From assembly GCF_000020025.1 (NCBI RefSeq), contig NC_010628.1, positions 540,001 to 572,000 on the forward strand: 32,000 nt of DNA, given 5' to 3'. Of this stretch, positions 9,091 through 17,879 are shown piece after piece. The notes beneath the pieces were generated by a model. It searched no databases. It was not told the origin of the DNA and saw only the letters and a program-made list of their open reading frames with translations. The stretch comes from Nostoc punctiforme PCC 73102. GTDB lineage: Bacteria; Cyanobacteriota; Cyanobacteriia; Cyanobacteriales; Nostocaceae. The translations under genes were made by a program, and so were the position numbers. Positions within the stretch are counted from its first letter, which is position 1, and each line of letters begins with the position of its first letter.

Positions 9091-9570
9091 ATGCCTTACA
9101 AGTTGCTATTTGTCTGCTTAGGTAACATCTGCCGATCGCCATCGGCAGAAAACATAATGAATCATCTAATTGAGCAGGCAGGCTTGAGCGATGCCATCAT
9201 CTGTGATTCAGCTGGTACATCTAGTTATCACGTGGGTAGCCCACCTGACAGACGCATGAGTGCTGCGGCTGCTACAAAGTTGGGAATTAAACTACGTGGT
9301 CAAGCACGCCAGTTTCAAAAGTCAGACTTTCAAGACTTTGATTTAATTTTGGCGATGGATCAAGAAAATTATGAGAATATCCTCACTCTCGATCGCACTG
9401 AGCAATATCAGCATAAAGTGCGTTTGATGTGTGAGTTTTGCTCTCGACACACCTTAAAGGAAGTTCCAGATCCTTACTACGGTGGTCAAGACGGATTTAA
9501 TCAGGTTATTGATTTACTAATTGATGCTTGTGAAGGTCTGCTCACAAAAGTTAAAAGTGAAGAGTTCTGA
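9091..9570 (+). CDS. Low-molecular-weight protein-tyrosine phosphatase (Wzb-like)
   Basis: Has the CLGNICRSP P-loop, i.e. C-X5-R-(S/T), at the N-terminus and the DPYYG Asp loop. The track ORF starts at TTG 9040, but that extension (KDKGQMTIDKGQKT) is a translated heptamer array. ATG 9091 (MPYKLLFVCLGN) is the credible start. Confidence 0.88.
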   Translation: MPYKLLFVCLGNICRSPSAENIMNHLIEQAGLSDAIICDSAGTSSYHVGSPPDRRMSAAAATKLGIKLRGQARQFQKSDFQDFDLILAMDQENYENILTLDRTEQYQHKVRLMCEFCSRHTLKEVPDPYYGGQDGFNQVIDLLIDACEGLLTKVKSEEF

Positions 9571-9596
9571 GTTTTAATTCCTAACTCCTCACTTTT

Positions 9597-10280
9597 TTAT
9601 TCGACTAAACCATGCTTCATAGCAAAACGCACTAATTCTGCTCGGTTGCTGGTTGAAGTTTTTCTCAATAAACTGCTAACGTACTTTTCCACTGTGCGGG
9701 GACTCAGGTGTAGCTGATGACCCATATCGGCATTAGACAAACCATGAGTCAATAACTCTAAGACTTCTTGTTCTCTATGAGTTAGGGATGAGTGTAAGTG
9801 GGATGTCTGAATTTGAGTAGACAGAGAATTATGGGCATCCCCCGGTTTTGTTAAGCCGGAAATGCCCAAACTTTCTTTATGAGAAAAGCGATACTCCGAT
9901 TGAATAATTTGCGATCGCTCCAAAAGATTGCGGATTGCTGCTGCTAACTCTTCCAATTCAAAAGGTTTGGGTAAGTATAAATCGCACCCTGACTGATAGC
10001 CCAGAATTCTTTCCTGGGTCTTAGTTCGGGCTGTTAATAAAATTACAGGTAATAACCGAAACATTGCTTGTTGACGCACCCTACGCACCAGTTCGTAGCC
10101 ATTCATCTGTGGCATGATGATATCCGTGACAATCAAATCAGGATTATACTCATCCACCATAAACAAAGCCTCTTGACCGTCATTAGCCGTGATCACTGAG
10201 TAGCCAGACAGTTCAAGATAGTCGCTAACAGACAGACGAGTGCCCAAATCATCATCCACTACAAGGATCGTCAAGGGCAT
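9597..10280 (-). CDS. Response regulator transcription factor, receiver plus LuxR/NarL-type HTH
   Basis: Receiver residues are intact: VVDDD, the phospho-acceptor Asp in LIVTDIIMP, LLTAR and KPF. The C-terminal HTH reads LTHREQEVLELLTHGLSNADMGHQLHLSPRTVEKYVSSLLRK. The likely start is ATG 10280 (MPLTILVVDDD). The track start 10352 is TTG. Confidence 0.88.
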   Translation of the reverse strand: MPLTILVVDDDLGTRLSVSDYLELSGYSVITANDGQEALFMVDEYNPDLIVTDIIMPQMNGYELVRRVRQQAMFRLLPVILLTARTKTQERILGYQSGCDLYLPKPFELEELAAAIRNLLERSQIIQSEYRFSHKESLGISGLTKPGDAHNSLSTQIQTSHLHSSLTHREQEVLELLTHGLSNADMGHQLHLSPRTVEKYVSSLLRKTSTSNRAELVRFAMKHGLVE

Positions 10281-10813
10281 GGACAATACACCCCTAGCAT
10301 TTTTTTTACTCAGAAATTTGCTTCTACGCGCTTCATAAGTGAACACTGGCAAGAATAGTGTTCTTATGTTTCATACTATGACAGGATTACCAGGTAATGA
10401 CTGCCTTCAGGGTTGATTTATAAAGAAAATCTTAAATCTTTTATAAGGTTAACGAAGTGCAACTCACTTTTAACTCCCTCAGCTCAGGAAGCATAGAGAG
10501 CTTTTTAATTTGTAACAACTCATTAATAAGACAGAGCAGATTTCCATTATAGTATAAATTATTATTAATTTTATCAGTAATTTACCAAAATATAAGTTAA
10601 GTAGCCATGATTGAAATAAGTTTGTAGAGAAGGCTTCAGCCCTCTCTACGAGTAGCGTCTTGTAACAAGATACCCAACAAGCTATACTACAAACCTTTAA
10701 TTATTTACGCCGATTTACTTACCAAGTCTTTGTGAAACTGCACAAAATCAAGCTTGGTGAAACTTGAGGTAAAATCCCCAAGTTCTGGATAAACCGCAGA
10801 TGTAATCAATATC

Positions 10814-10833
10814 AGGTAACTTTTAAGTTACCT
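10814..10833. promoter_or_regulatory. 9+2+9 inverted repeat aggtaactt-tt-aagttacct in the long smpB upstream region
   Basis: Read directly, 142 nt upstream of the smpB ATG. The function is unknown; it could be an operator or a transcript hairpin. Confidence 0.3.
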
Positions 10834-10974
10834 AAAAACTCTTAATTGTGAACTTATAAAAGCTAAATTAGTGATATAGAGTTCAATATTTATAGCGGTT
10901 ATAATGAATACCCTATAATTCGCAAGGCAATCCAAATAATTTTTTAGGTACATTTAAAACGCACAAAATTATCA

Positions 10975-11442
10975 ATGAGCGACAAGAACGAAGGTTACAA
11001 AGTTATTGCTGACAACCGTCAAGCCCGTTATTTGTATGAAATTCTGGAAACTTACGAAGCCGGAATTGAGTTGACAGGAACCGAGGTTAAGTCAATTCGT
11101 GCGGGTAAAGTAAATCTCCAAGATGGCTATGCTTTGCTTCGCAATGGCGAAGCATGGTTGATCAATATTCATATCTCGCCCTACAACGCCAGTGGACAAT
11201 ATTTTAATCATGAACCACGGCGGACACGAAAGCTGCTGTTACATCGTCAAGAACTTCGCAAGTTAATTGGCAAAGTAGAACAGCAGGGTCTAACTTTAAT
11301 CCCTTTGAAAATGTATCTCAAACGGGGCTGGGTAAAAGTGAGTATAGCCCTTGGCAAAGGTAAAAAGCTCCATGATAAGCGAGAAGACCTGAAACGACGG
11401 CAAGATCAGCGTGACATTCAACGCGCAATGAAAAGTTATTAA
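10975..11442 (+). CDS. smpB: SsrA-binding protein
   Basis: Contains ADNRQARYLYEILETYEAGIELTGTEVKSIRAG and the basic C-terminal tail KKLHDKREDLKRRQDQRD. At 155 aa it is a typical SmpB. Confidence 0.95.
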   Translation: MSDKNEGYKVIADNRQARYLYEILETYEAGIELTGTEVKSIRAGKVNLQDGYALLRNGEAWLINIHISPYNASGQYFNHEPRRTRKLLLHRQELRKLIGKVEQQGLTLIPLKMYLKRGWVKVSIALGKGKKLHDKREDLKRRQDQRDIQRAMKSY

Positions 11443-11623
11443 GGGTCATTGTGGTTCACACTACCACACCAGAGTGAGAAACGATTGCTGTAAAAACCAT
11501 GTTGTATGTCCACAGCGTGACTTATAAAAATCCCTAGTTTATAGCCACAGATTGATTTTATTAAGGTTGGGAATCGATACAGTGGTGAGTAACTTCGGAT
11601 GGCATAAGGAATTGTCACAACTT

Positions 11624-11902
11624 ATGAAAAGTAATTTCATTACAGCTGTTGGCGCAGGCATTCTCACCTTGAGTATGGGAATTTTACCCTTAACTCTATC
11701 CGCACAAGCTCAGACGACAACTGATCCCGGAGCCAATACTGCTCCCAGAACGACCACTTACGATCGCAACGATTTTGATTGGGGTTGGCTAGGATTACTT
11801 GGTTTATTCGGTCTAGCTGGTTTGGCAGGTAAAAAGCGTGATAACGAACCGACTGCTTATCGGGACCCTAATGCCCCAGGTGCCACTACTTACAGGGACT
11901 AG
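11624..11902 (+). CDS. Secreted WGxxGxxG-family protein
   Basis: Has a signal peptide (MKSNFITAVGAGILTLSMGILPLTLSAQA), a Thr-rich linker, then DWGWLGLLGLFGLAGLAGKKR. The start ATG 11624 is chosen over the track's 11552. Confidence 0.7.
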   Translation: MKSNFITAVGAGILTLSMGILPLTLSAQAQTTTDPGANTAPRTTTYDRNDFDWGWLGLLGLFGLAGLAGKKRDNEPTAYRDPNAPGATTYRD

Positions 11903-11922
11903 ACAACTCAAGATTCATTCAT

Positions 11923-11955
11923 TTGTCAGTTGTTCAGTAGAAAAACAACTGACAA
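11923..11955. terminator. Hairpin between the convergent WGxxGxxG gene and ictB-like gene
   Basis: ttgtcagttgtt (11923-11934) pairs perfectly with aacaactgacaa (11944-11955). The loop is cagtagaaa. The stem is flanked by T/A-rich sequence on both sides. Confidence 0.6.
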
Positions 11956-11965
11956 TTTGCTTGTT

Positions 11966-13402
11966 TTAGTTTACTGCTGGTTCTGGGTTAGATGGATTTG
12001 TCTGGTTTTGAGTTAAAGGTGTCCAGTAGCTGGCAATTAAAGCAACGATGAGCCACCAGAGGGTATTGACTTCAGGACGATACCAGACAGTATCTACAGT
12101 GCCGTGAGCGAGCATACCCAACAAAATAGCGATCGCTCCAATTAACCAAAATCCCTCTACACTTCTCAATCGTCGCAATCGTCGTACTTGCAAAAGCGCC
12201 GTATTAAATGTGACGATTATTAGCCAGAGAAAGCAAGCTAAACCAACAAACCCAGTTTCTACAGTCACTTCAAACAAAATCGAATAAGCACTTAAAGCAG
12301 TGTACCGAGGGTGTTGGTAGAGCGGATAAACTTTATTAAAAGAGTTGTGACCAGGGCCAATACCGAAAATTGGGCGATCGCGAATCATCTCAAAGACAGC
12401 ATCCCACACATTTCGACGAAAATTATTACTACTATCTTGACGGTCAGCAAAAATGCTGAACACCCGCAGGCGAACTGGCTCTACAAATATCACTGCTAAC
12501 AGTAATATCCCAATTAAACCTCCTAAGACAATGGGCAGCGACCAAGTACGCCAAAAAGGAGGCATTTCCACACTCTTCCAAAAAACTAGCAATGCCATCA
12601 CCGCCAAAACTGCCACCACTAGTCCAATCCAACCGCCACGACTAAAAGTCAGGATCAGGCAGGCAGTATTGACAATCAACATTGTTAATGCTAAGGCTTT
12701 TTTGAGCCAACTTTGCCATGCAAAAATTGCCACCAAGCTAAAAATTACTGCTGGTAAGAGGTATCCAGCCAATAAGTTGGGATTTCCTAAATAACTGTAG
12801 ACTCTTGTAGTCTTAGACAGAGGAGATTCCGGATCAACCCAAGTTGCCAGTGCTGTGGCTCCAAAAAACCATTGCCGCAATCCATAGACACTGACAATTA
12901 ACGATACGTGCAGATAAAGGGTGAGAATCCAAGACCGGAGGCGAGGCGACCTTAATACCCTGGCACAAAGGGCAAATAGTAGCAAATACAAGGTCAAAGT
13001 TCCCAAGTCGTTAAGTGCCGCTTTTTTCACTGGTGATAATGCTGTTGCGATTACGGCAATTCCCCAGTAGAGCAATACCAGTAGATGAATGGGAGTGACT
13101 GACGAGACATTTGCTGGTGTGACTTCATCAGATAAAGTCAACAATAGCCAAAATCCCACACAAGCGACCAGCAATAAACCTACCAAAGTACTCGAAGCAA
13201 AAGGTGCAAGGGCATATATTGAGCTGAGTAATACAGCTGCTATCGCATCTCCCCACTGAATCAAGACGCTGGTTTGCCGCCAAGAGCTTAACAGTCCCAC
13301 CAGAGAACGGTGTACGTAACTGGTAGCAAGATATTCTTTGAGCGGTAAAGATGATAAAGTAAATAGTTGCCAGACTAAATTCATAAAAAACATTGCGATC
13401 AA
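11966..13402 (-). CDS. ictB: IctB-family / O-antigen-ligase-like polytopic membrane protein
   Basis: It is multi-TM throughout. Conserved blocks match Synechococcus IctB as I recall it: ATWVDPES, RVYSYLGNPNLLAGYL, LTFSRGGW, DSSNNFRRNVW, GIGPGHNSFNKVYPLYQ and TVWYRPE. The start may be ATG 13384 (MNLVWQ). Confidence 0.8.
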   Translation of the reverse strand: MIAMFFMNLVWQLFTLSSLPLKEYLATSYVHRSLVGLLSSWRQTSVLIQWGDAIAAVLLSSIYALAPFASSTLVGLLLVACVGFWLLLTLSDEVTPANVSSVTPIHLLVLLYWGIAVIATALSPVKKAALNDLGTLTLYLLLFALCARVLRSPRLRSWILTLYLHVSLIVSVYGLRQWFFGATALATWVDPESPLSKTTRVYSYLGNPNLLAGYLLPAVIFSLVAIFAWQSWLKKALALTMLIVNTACLILTFSRGGWIGLVVAVLAVMALLVFWKSVEMPPFWRTWSLPIVLGGLIGILLLAVIFVEPVRLRVFSIFADRQDSSNNFRRNVWDAVFEMIRDRPIFGIGPGHNSFNKVYPLYQHPRYTALSAYSILFEVTVETGFVGLACFLWLIIVTFNTALLQVRRLRRLRSVEGFWLIGAIAILLGMLAHGTVDTVWYRPEVNTLWWLIVALIASYWTPLTQNQTNPSNPEPAVN

Positions 13403-13579
13403 TTAGCCTGCCGACGCAGAACTTGGATTTGATCATAATGCCTATGGCTATAAAAAGGTAATAACGTAGTTTGTAAATTAGTAATGACGCTCTTAATTCA
13501 TGTACTTACTACATAGAAAAGTATGAATTTGCCTTTCTCTATTCCCTATCACCTGTAATCTGTTCTCTACAGGCTGCGA

Positions 13580-15178
13580 TCAGACATCACTAATTGCTTG
13601 TGAGGGAGTTGCCAGTTGCAGTGGCAAAGAAAGCACATAACGATATCCTGATTCTGGTGAACCTTGAATCAAAATTTGTCCAGCGTGCAACTCTGCCAAT
13701 TGACAACTTAGCAATAGACCCAAGCTTTCACGAGAAAGACTTCCATGTAATTTAGCTAAATTTAGACCGGAACTCGCAGCAAGAAAATTGGAGTGGGAAT
13801 CACTCAGGCTTTTTGAATTGTCCACTGCTACTGATGAAGTATCTAGTTGCTGTTGTCCTTCTGTATGAGTATTGTAAGTTGCTACCTCACCTGTTAACTC
13901 TAGCAGCGACAAAGAATTGAGACGGAAGTAGGGGTCAACCTCAGTAATACCGTCCCCTAACCAGGGATGAGAAACCCAAATAGTAATGTTGAGCGTATCT
14001 TCTTTGTAAGAGACATGAATGCGAACAATGCTACCTGTAGCCGAAAGTTGAATCACACTGAAAACCAGGTGATATAACATTTGCCGCACCTTGTCTTTAT
14101 CTAAAGGCCAAATGCGATTACGTCCCGGTTCTATAGAGAGGCGAATGTCTTGCTCGCGGCGATTAGCCACTTCTTCAAGGGTATTGATAGCTTGTTGGCA
14201 TAGCATTTCAATATCCACAGGAGCTAAATTCAGTACAGTTGAGTTGTCATCCATAGCTCCTAGTTCGGTAATTTCGTTTACTAGGGAAAGTAAATACCGA
14301 CCACTATGTTGGATAATTTCTAAATATTCTCTTTGCTTAGTCGTCAAAGGCCCATAAATTTCACGTCCTAAAACACTAGCCATACCAAGTACAGATGTTA
14401 AAGGCGTGCGTAACTCCTGAGTTAACTGACCCAAAAGTTCCAATTTCAGTTGCTTGGTAGAAACAGAGTCGTTATCTTGAGTGGGTGCGGTGATTTTAAT
14501 TTCAGTGTTACGTTCGTCATTAAGTGAAAATATAGGAGCGGTCTTGAGAGTGGTTGATTCGAGTTTGCCTTGCAAAAGTCGGTTACGCTCAAATTCACTC
14601 ATGCTCCAACGAGCTATGATTTGTAAAAACTCAATGTCTCGGGTTGTAAAATTGCGTGGCACTAAATCCATCACTGCCAACGCACCTAAACAATGTCCCT
14701 CAGCATCAATGAGTGGCGCTCCTAAGTAAGCACGAATACCATAATCCTGCACCAGCTTGCTGCTAACAAGTACTGGGTCTGTAAGTTTATGTGTATCATT
14801 AATTACAAATATTTGAAGACTCTCTACAACCTGAGTGCAGAACGATTCCCTGCGTGACAGTTGGCGGCTTTGTGCCAAATGATTCATTAGCCCTAGCCTA
14901 GATAAGCCCACTGCTGACTTAAACCAGTGACGTTCTTGATCCACAAATCCCAATATGGAAATTGGTGCTTCCAAAAAGTGTGCAGCAGTCTGTGTGGCTT
15001 CTTCAAAAACCGGAATTGTTTCTGGTTGCCGCAAACCTAAATCCGACAAAGCTTTTAGGCGTTGCTGTTCTCTTGATTCATGAGAATCCCAACCATCCTT
15101 TAGGGCAAATAATTTGTTTTCAGGCTCTATCATTGCCACTGCTACCTTAATAATTTCTCTATCGTGTAATTGATCCAA
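13580..15178 (-). CDS. GAF-domain sensor histidine-kinase homolog with degenerate catalytic motifs (probable pseudokinase)
   Basis: The N-terminal GAF domain includes RLKALSDLGL...APISILGFVDQERHWFKSAVGL. The DHp helix reads LTQELRTPLTSVLG, with Q where the HisKA consensus has H. The N, G1 and G2 boxes are not recognisable. The ORF opens on TTG 15178, and ATG 15133 is an alternative start. Confidence 0.8.
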   Translation of the reverse strand: MDQLHDREIIKVAVAMIEPENKLFALKDGWDSHESREQQRLKALSDLGLRQPETIPVFEEATQTAAHFLEAPISILGFVDQERHWFKSAVGLSRLGLMNHLAQSRQLSRRESFCTQVVESLQIFVINDTHKLTDPVLVSSKLVQDYGIRAYLGAPLIDAEGHCLGALAVMDLVPRNFTTRDIEFLQIIARWSMSEFERNRLLQGKLESTTLKTAPIFSLNDERNTEIKITAPTQDNDSVSTKQLKLELLGQLTQELRTPLTSVLGMASVLGREIYGPLTTKQREYLEIIQHSGRYLLSLVNEITELGAMDDNSTVLNLAPVDIEMLCQQAINTLEEVANRREQDIRLSIEPGRNRIWPLDKDKVRQMLYHLVFSVIQLSATGSIVRIHVSYKEDTLNITIWVSHPWLGDGITEVDPYFRLNSLSLLELTGEVATYNTHTEGQQQLDTSSVAVDNSKSLSDSHSNFLAASSGLNLAKLHGSLSRESLGLLLSCQLAELHAGQILIQGSPESGYRYVLSLPLQLATPSQAISDV

Positions 15179-15684
15179 GTCCTATTTCTAGGTTATCAAT
15201 TGCTATTTTTAAGCATTCCCTAATTTTGCCTCTGACAAACAAATTTAGGGCAAAATTTTTTCTCCCTTCCATTAACTCGGCGATGCGGTATGCACAAGTT
15301 ACTAATTACTGGTGCTAGATATTCTTTATTTAGTACTGATGTAGTCTTTATTGCTTGGGATTTTACAGTCAGATTGCGTTAGATTTGGATTCAGCCAGGG
15401 TAAGCTAACCCTAAGGATACAATACAAAGGAGCTGTCATTATTTATGTACAGAAGGAAAAATTTTTACTAGCAAACTCTAAGTAAATTAACTTACGGAAA
15501 TTATATTTGAGTAATTTTTATAGCAATTATTACTTATAACAGCTAGCACTTATGGCTGACAATCCTAGATAGTTTATATAAGTCTCGATCGAATAGATTG
15601 AACCTATTACAATTTCATACTGAAAATTGTGTGGGCTTTTTTATTTTTTCCATTTGAGGAAATATTTTTTGAGGACAACTACTA

Positions 15685-16878
15685 ATGAATAAAATGGCTG
15701 TTAGAGTTCCTTTTGTAGACCTGAAGTTGCAACATGAACCAATTCAAATGCAATTGCAATATGCAATCCAATCTGTATTGGAACAGGGAGATTTTATTTT
15801 AGGGCAAGCACTCTCAGATTTTGAAGCAGCATTTGCGGCAGTATCGGAGGCAGCTTATGGTGTTGGTGTTGCATCAGGAACAGATGCGATCGCTCTCGGA
15901 TTGCAAGCTTGTAATATTGGTGCTGGCGATGAGGTAATTTTACCAGCCAACACTTTCATTGCTACCTTGATTGGGGTTATCCGCGCTGGCGCGAAGCCAA
16001 TTCTGGTAGATTGCGATCGCCAAACAGCTTTAATTGATTTAGAGGCCGCAGCAAAGGCAATTACGCCTCAAACTAAAGCAATTATTCCTGTACATCTCTA
16101 TGGTCAAATGGTATCGCCACGTGAACTCATCAAATTTGCTGATACCTACAAACTACTAATTTTTGAAGATGCCGCCCAAGCACACCTTGCCCAAAGAGAC
16201 GGATATCACGCTGGCTCAGTAGGCATAGCAGCAGCTTTTAGTTTCTATCCCAGCAAAAATTTGGGAGCATTTGGGGATGGGGGAATGCTGCTGACACGAA
16301 ATTCAGATGTCGCCCAGAAGATGGGACGTTTGCGAAATTATGGTGCATCGCAAAAGTATTTTCATACTGAACCTGGTACAAATAGCCGCTTGGATACTTT
16401 ACAAGCAGCTATTTTGCACCAAAAATTACCATATTTGCCACAGTGGAATCGCGATCGCTTGACTATTGCCCAGCAGTACGATCTTGAACTAGCACCCTTG
16501 GCAACTACTGGTATTATCCCTATAGAAAACCAAAGTGATACAGGACACGTTTATCATCTTTACGTCATTAAAGTTGATGATTCTTGCCCAATAGAACGCC
16601 AGCAACTCCAGGAAAAACTCACAGCGGTAGGAATTCAAACTGGCATTCACTATCCAATTCCTTGTCATCTCCAGCCAGCGTTCAGCAACTTAGGCTATCA
16701 GCCTGGAGATTTCCCTCAAGCAGAAAAACTGTCACAGCAAATATTATCATTACCGATGTATCCTGGTTTGAGCAGTAGCCAAGTTAAAGAAGTTGTAGCT
16801 GCGATCGCTCATGCAGTTTCAACAACTTCTAAGGTAGATGAAACCTCCAATGCTGACCTTGACAGCGTGGTAGCCTAA
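15685..16878 (+). CDS. DegT/DnrJ/EryC1/StrS-family PLP-dependent sugar aminotransferase
   Basis: Contains FVDLK...GDFILG, GTDAIALGL and the PLP-lysine block FSFYPSKNLGAFGDGG. The size (397 aa) is typical. Confidence 0.9.
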   Translation: MNKMAVRVPFVDLKLQHEPIQMQLQYAIQSVLEQGDFILGQALSDFEAAFAAVSEAAYGVGVASGTDAIALGLQACNIGAGDEVILPANTFIATLIGVIRAGAKPILVDCDRQTALIDLEAAAKAITPQTKAIIPVHLYGQMVSPRELIKFADTYKLLIFEDAAQAHLAQRDGYHAGSVGIAAAFSFYPSKNLGAFGDGGMLLTRNSDVAQKMGRLRNYGASQKYFHTEPGTNSRLDTLQAAILHQKLPYLPQWNRDRLTIAQQYDLELAPLATTGIIPIENQSDTGHVYHLYVIKVDDSCPIERQQLQEKLTAVGIQTGIHYPIPCHLQPAFSNLGYQPGDFPQAEKLSQQILSLPMYPGLSSSQVKEVVAAIAHAVSTTSKVDETSNADLDSVVA

Positions 16879-16920
16879 AGTTAATTCATACTTATAATAT
16901 GTGCATCCAACAATTAGACA

Positions 16921-16962
16921 TTTGTTCTTTGTCAGTTGTCCTTTGCAAATGACCAATGACCA
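16921..16962. repeat. Heptamer array (tttgttc tttgtca gttgtcc tttgcaa atgacca atgacca) ending 9 nt before the exosortase start codon
   Basis: Read directly. The left and right halves are of opposite sense and can fold back on each other. Confidence 0.7.
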
Positions 16963-16971
16963 ATAAAAATC

Positions 16972-17865
16972 ATGGCACTCCAGCAACAGATTAAAAAAAG
17001 AAACGCCTCAGACTTATTGAATCTAGCTATTATAGGCGTTTTGCTGCTGCTTTATGCGCCTATATTGCTACACTGGTTAGATGGTTGGCTGAACAAAAAT
17101 ATCAGTACAGAACACGAATATTTCAGCCACGGGATTATTGGTTTACCATTTGCGGCTTATTTGGCCTGGATGAACCGGAAAAAGTGGACACGTTTACCAG
17201 AGACCATACATCCTTTGAGCGCTGTTTTATTGTTACTAGGGGCAGTGTTTTATCTTAGTGGTGTTACAGAGTGGGTTAACCTTTCCTTGCCCGTTATCCT
17301 GGCAGGATTATGTTTGTGGTTTAAAGGAATAGCAGGTTTGCGATCGCAAGGATTCCCTCTGCTACTGGTATTTTTGGCCACCCCGACGGCAGCACCCTAT
17401 CTCATTGCGCCCTATACCTTGCCTCTGCAAAGCTTCATCGCTGGTACGGCAGGTTTCATATTGAATCAATTTGGTATGGACGTAACAGTAAATGAAACCA
17501 ATCTCTACGTGGGAGGACGCATTGTAGAAGTTGCGCCCTATTGTGCAGGGTTGAAAATGTTGTTCACGACTCTCTACGTTGGCTTGATGCTGCTTTATTG
17601 GACAGATGCTTTATCTTCACGGCGCACAACCATATCGTTTTTATCTCTTGCTGCGATCGTTAGTACTATTGCCAATATCATTCGTAACACTTTACTAACT
17701 TTCTTTCACGGTACAGGTCAAGAAGCGGCTTTTAAATGGCTACATGAAGGTTGGGGTGGTGACTTATACTCTGCTTGTATGCTGGTGTCATTAGTACCCC
17801 TACTGAATTGGATTAATAACTATTTTTCAACATCTCTAGAAACTGAGCAAGAAACAGAAAGTTAG
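16972..17865 (+). CDS. Cyanoexosortase (exosortase-family transpeptidase; I cannot distinguish the A and B types by eye)
   Basis: It is a polytopic membrane protein with the exosortase catalytic arrangement: Cys in VAPYCAGLKMLF, Arg in ANIIRNTLL, His in FFHGTG. The N-terminus reads LLYAPILLHWL. Confidence 0.85.
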   Translation: MALQQQIKKRNASDLLNLAIIGVLLLLYAPILLHWLDGWLNKNISTEHEYFSHGIIGLPFAAYLAWMNRKKWTRLPETIHPLSAVLLLLGAVFYLSGVTEWVNLSLPVILAGLCLWFKGIAGLRSQGFPLLLVFLATPTAAPYLIAPYTLPLQSFIAGTAGFILNQFGMDVTVNETNLYVGGRIVEVAPYCAGLKMLFTTLYVGLMLLYWTDALSSRRTTISFLSLAAIVSTIANIIRNTLLTFFHGTGQEAAFKWLHEGWGGDLYSACMLVSLVPLLNWINNYFSTSLETEQETES

Positions 17866-17879
17866 AACTATTGGGCATT

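Noticed and set aside
15482-15495. Perfect NtcA-type consensus GTA-N8-TAC (gtaaattaacttac) about 190 nt upstream of the DegT gene
   Set aside because: In AT-rich DNA of this length, roughly ten such matches are expected by chance across the window. The nearest TAN3T box (taattt, 15512) is 16 nt away rather than the usual ~22 nt. It is not supportable without TSS or binding data.
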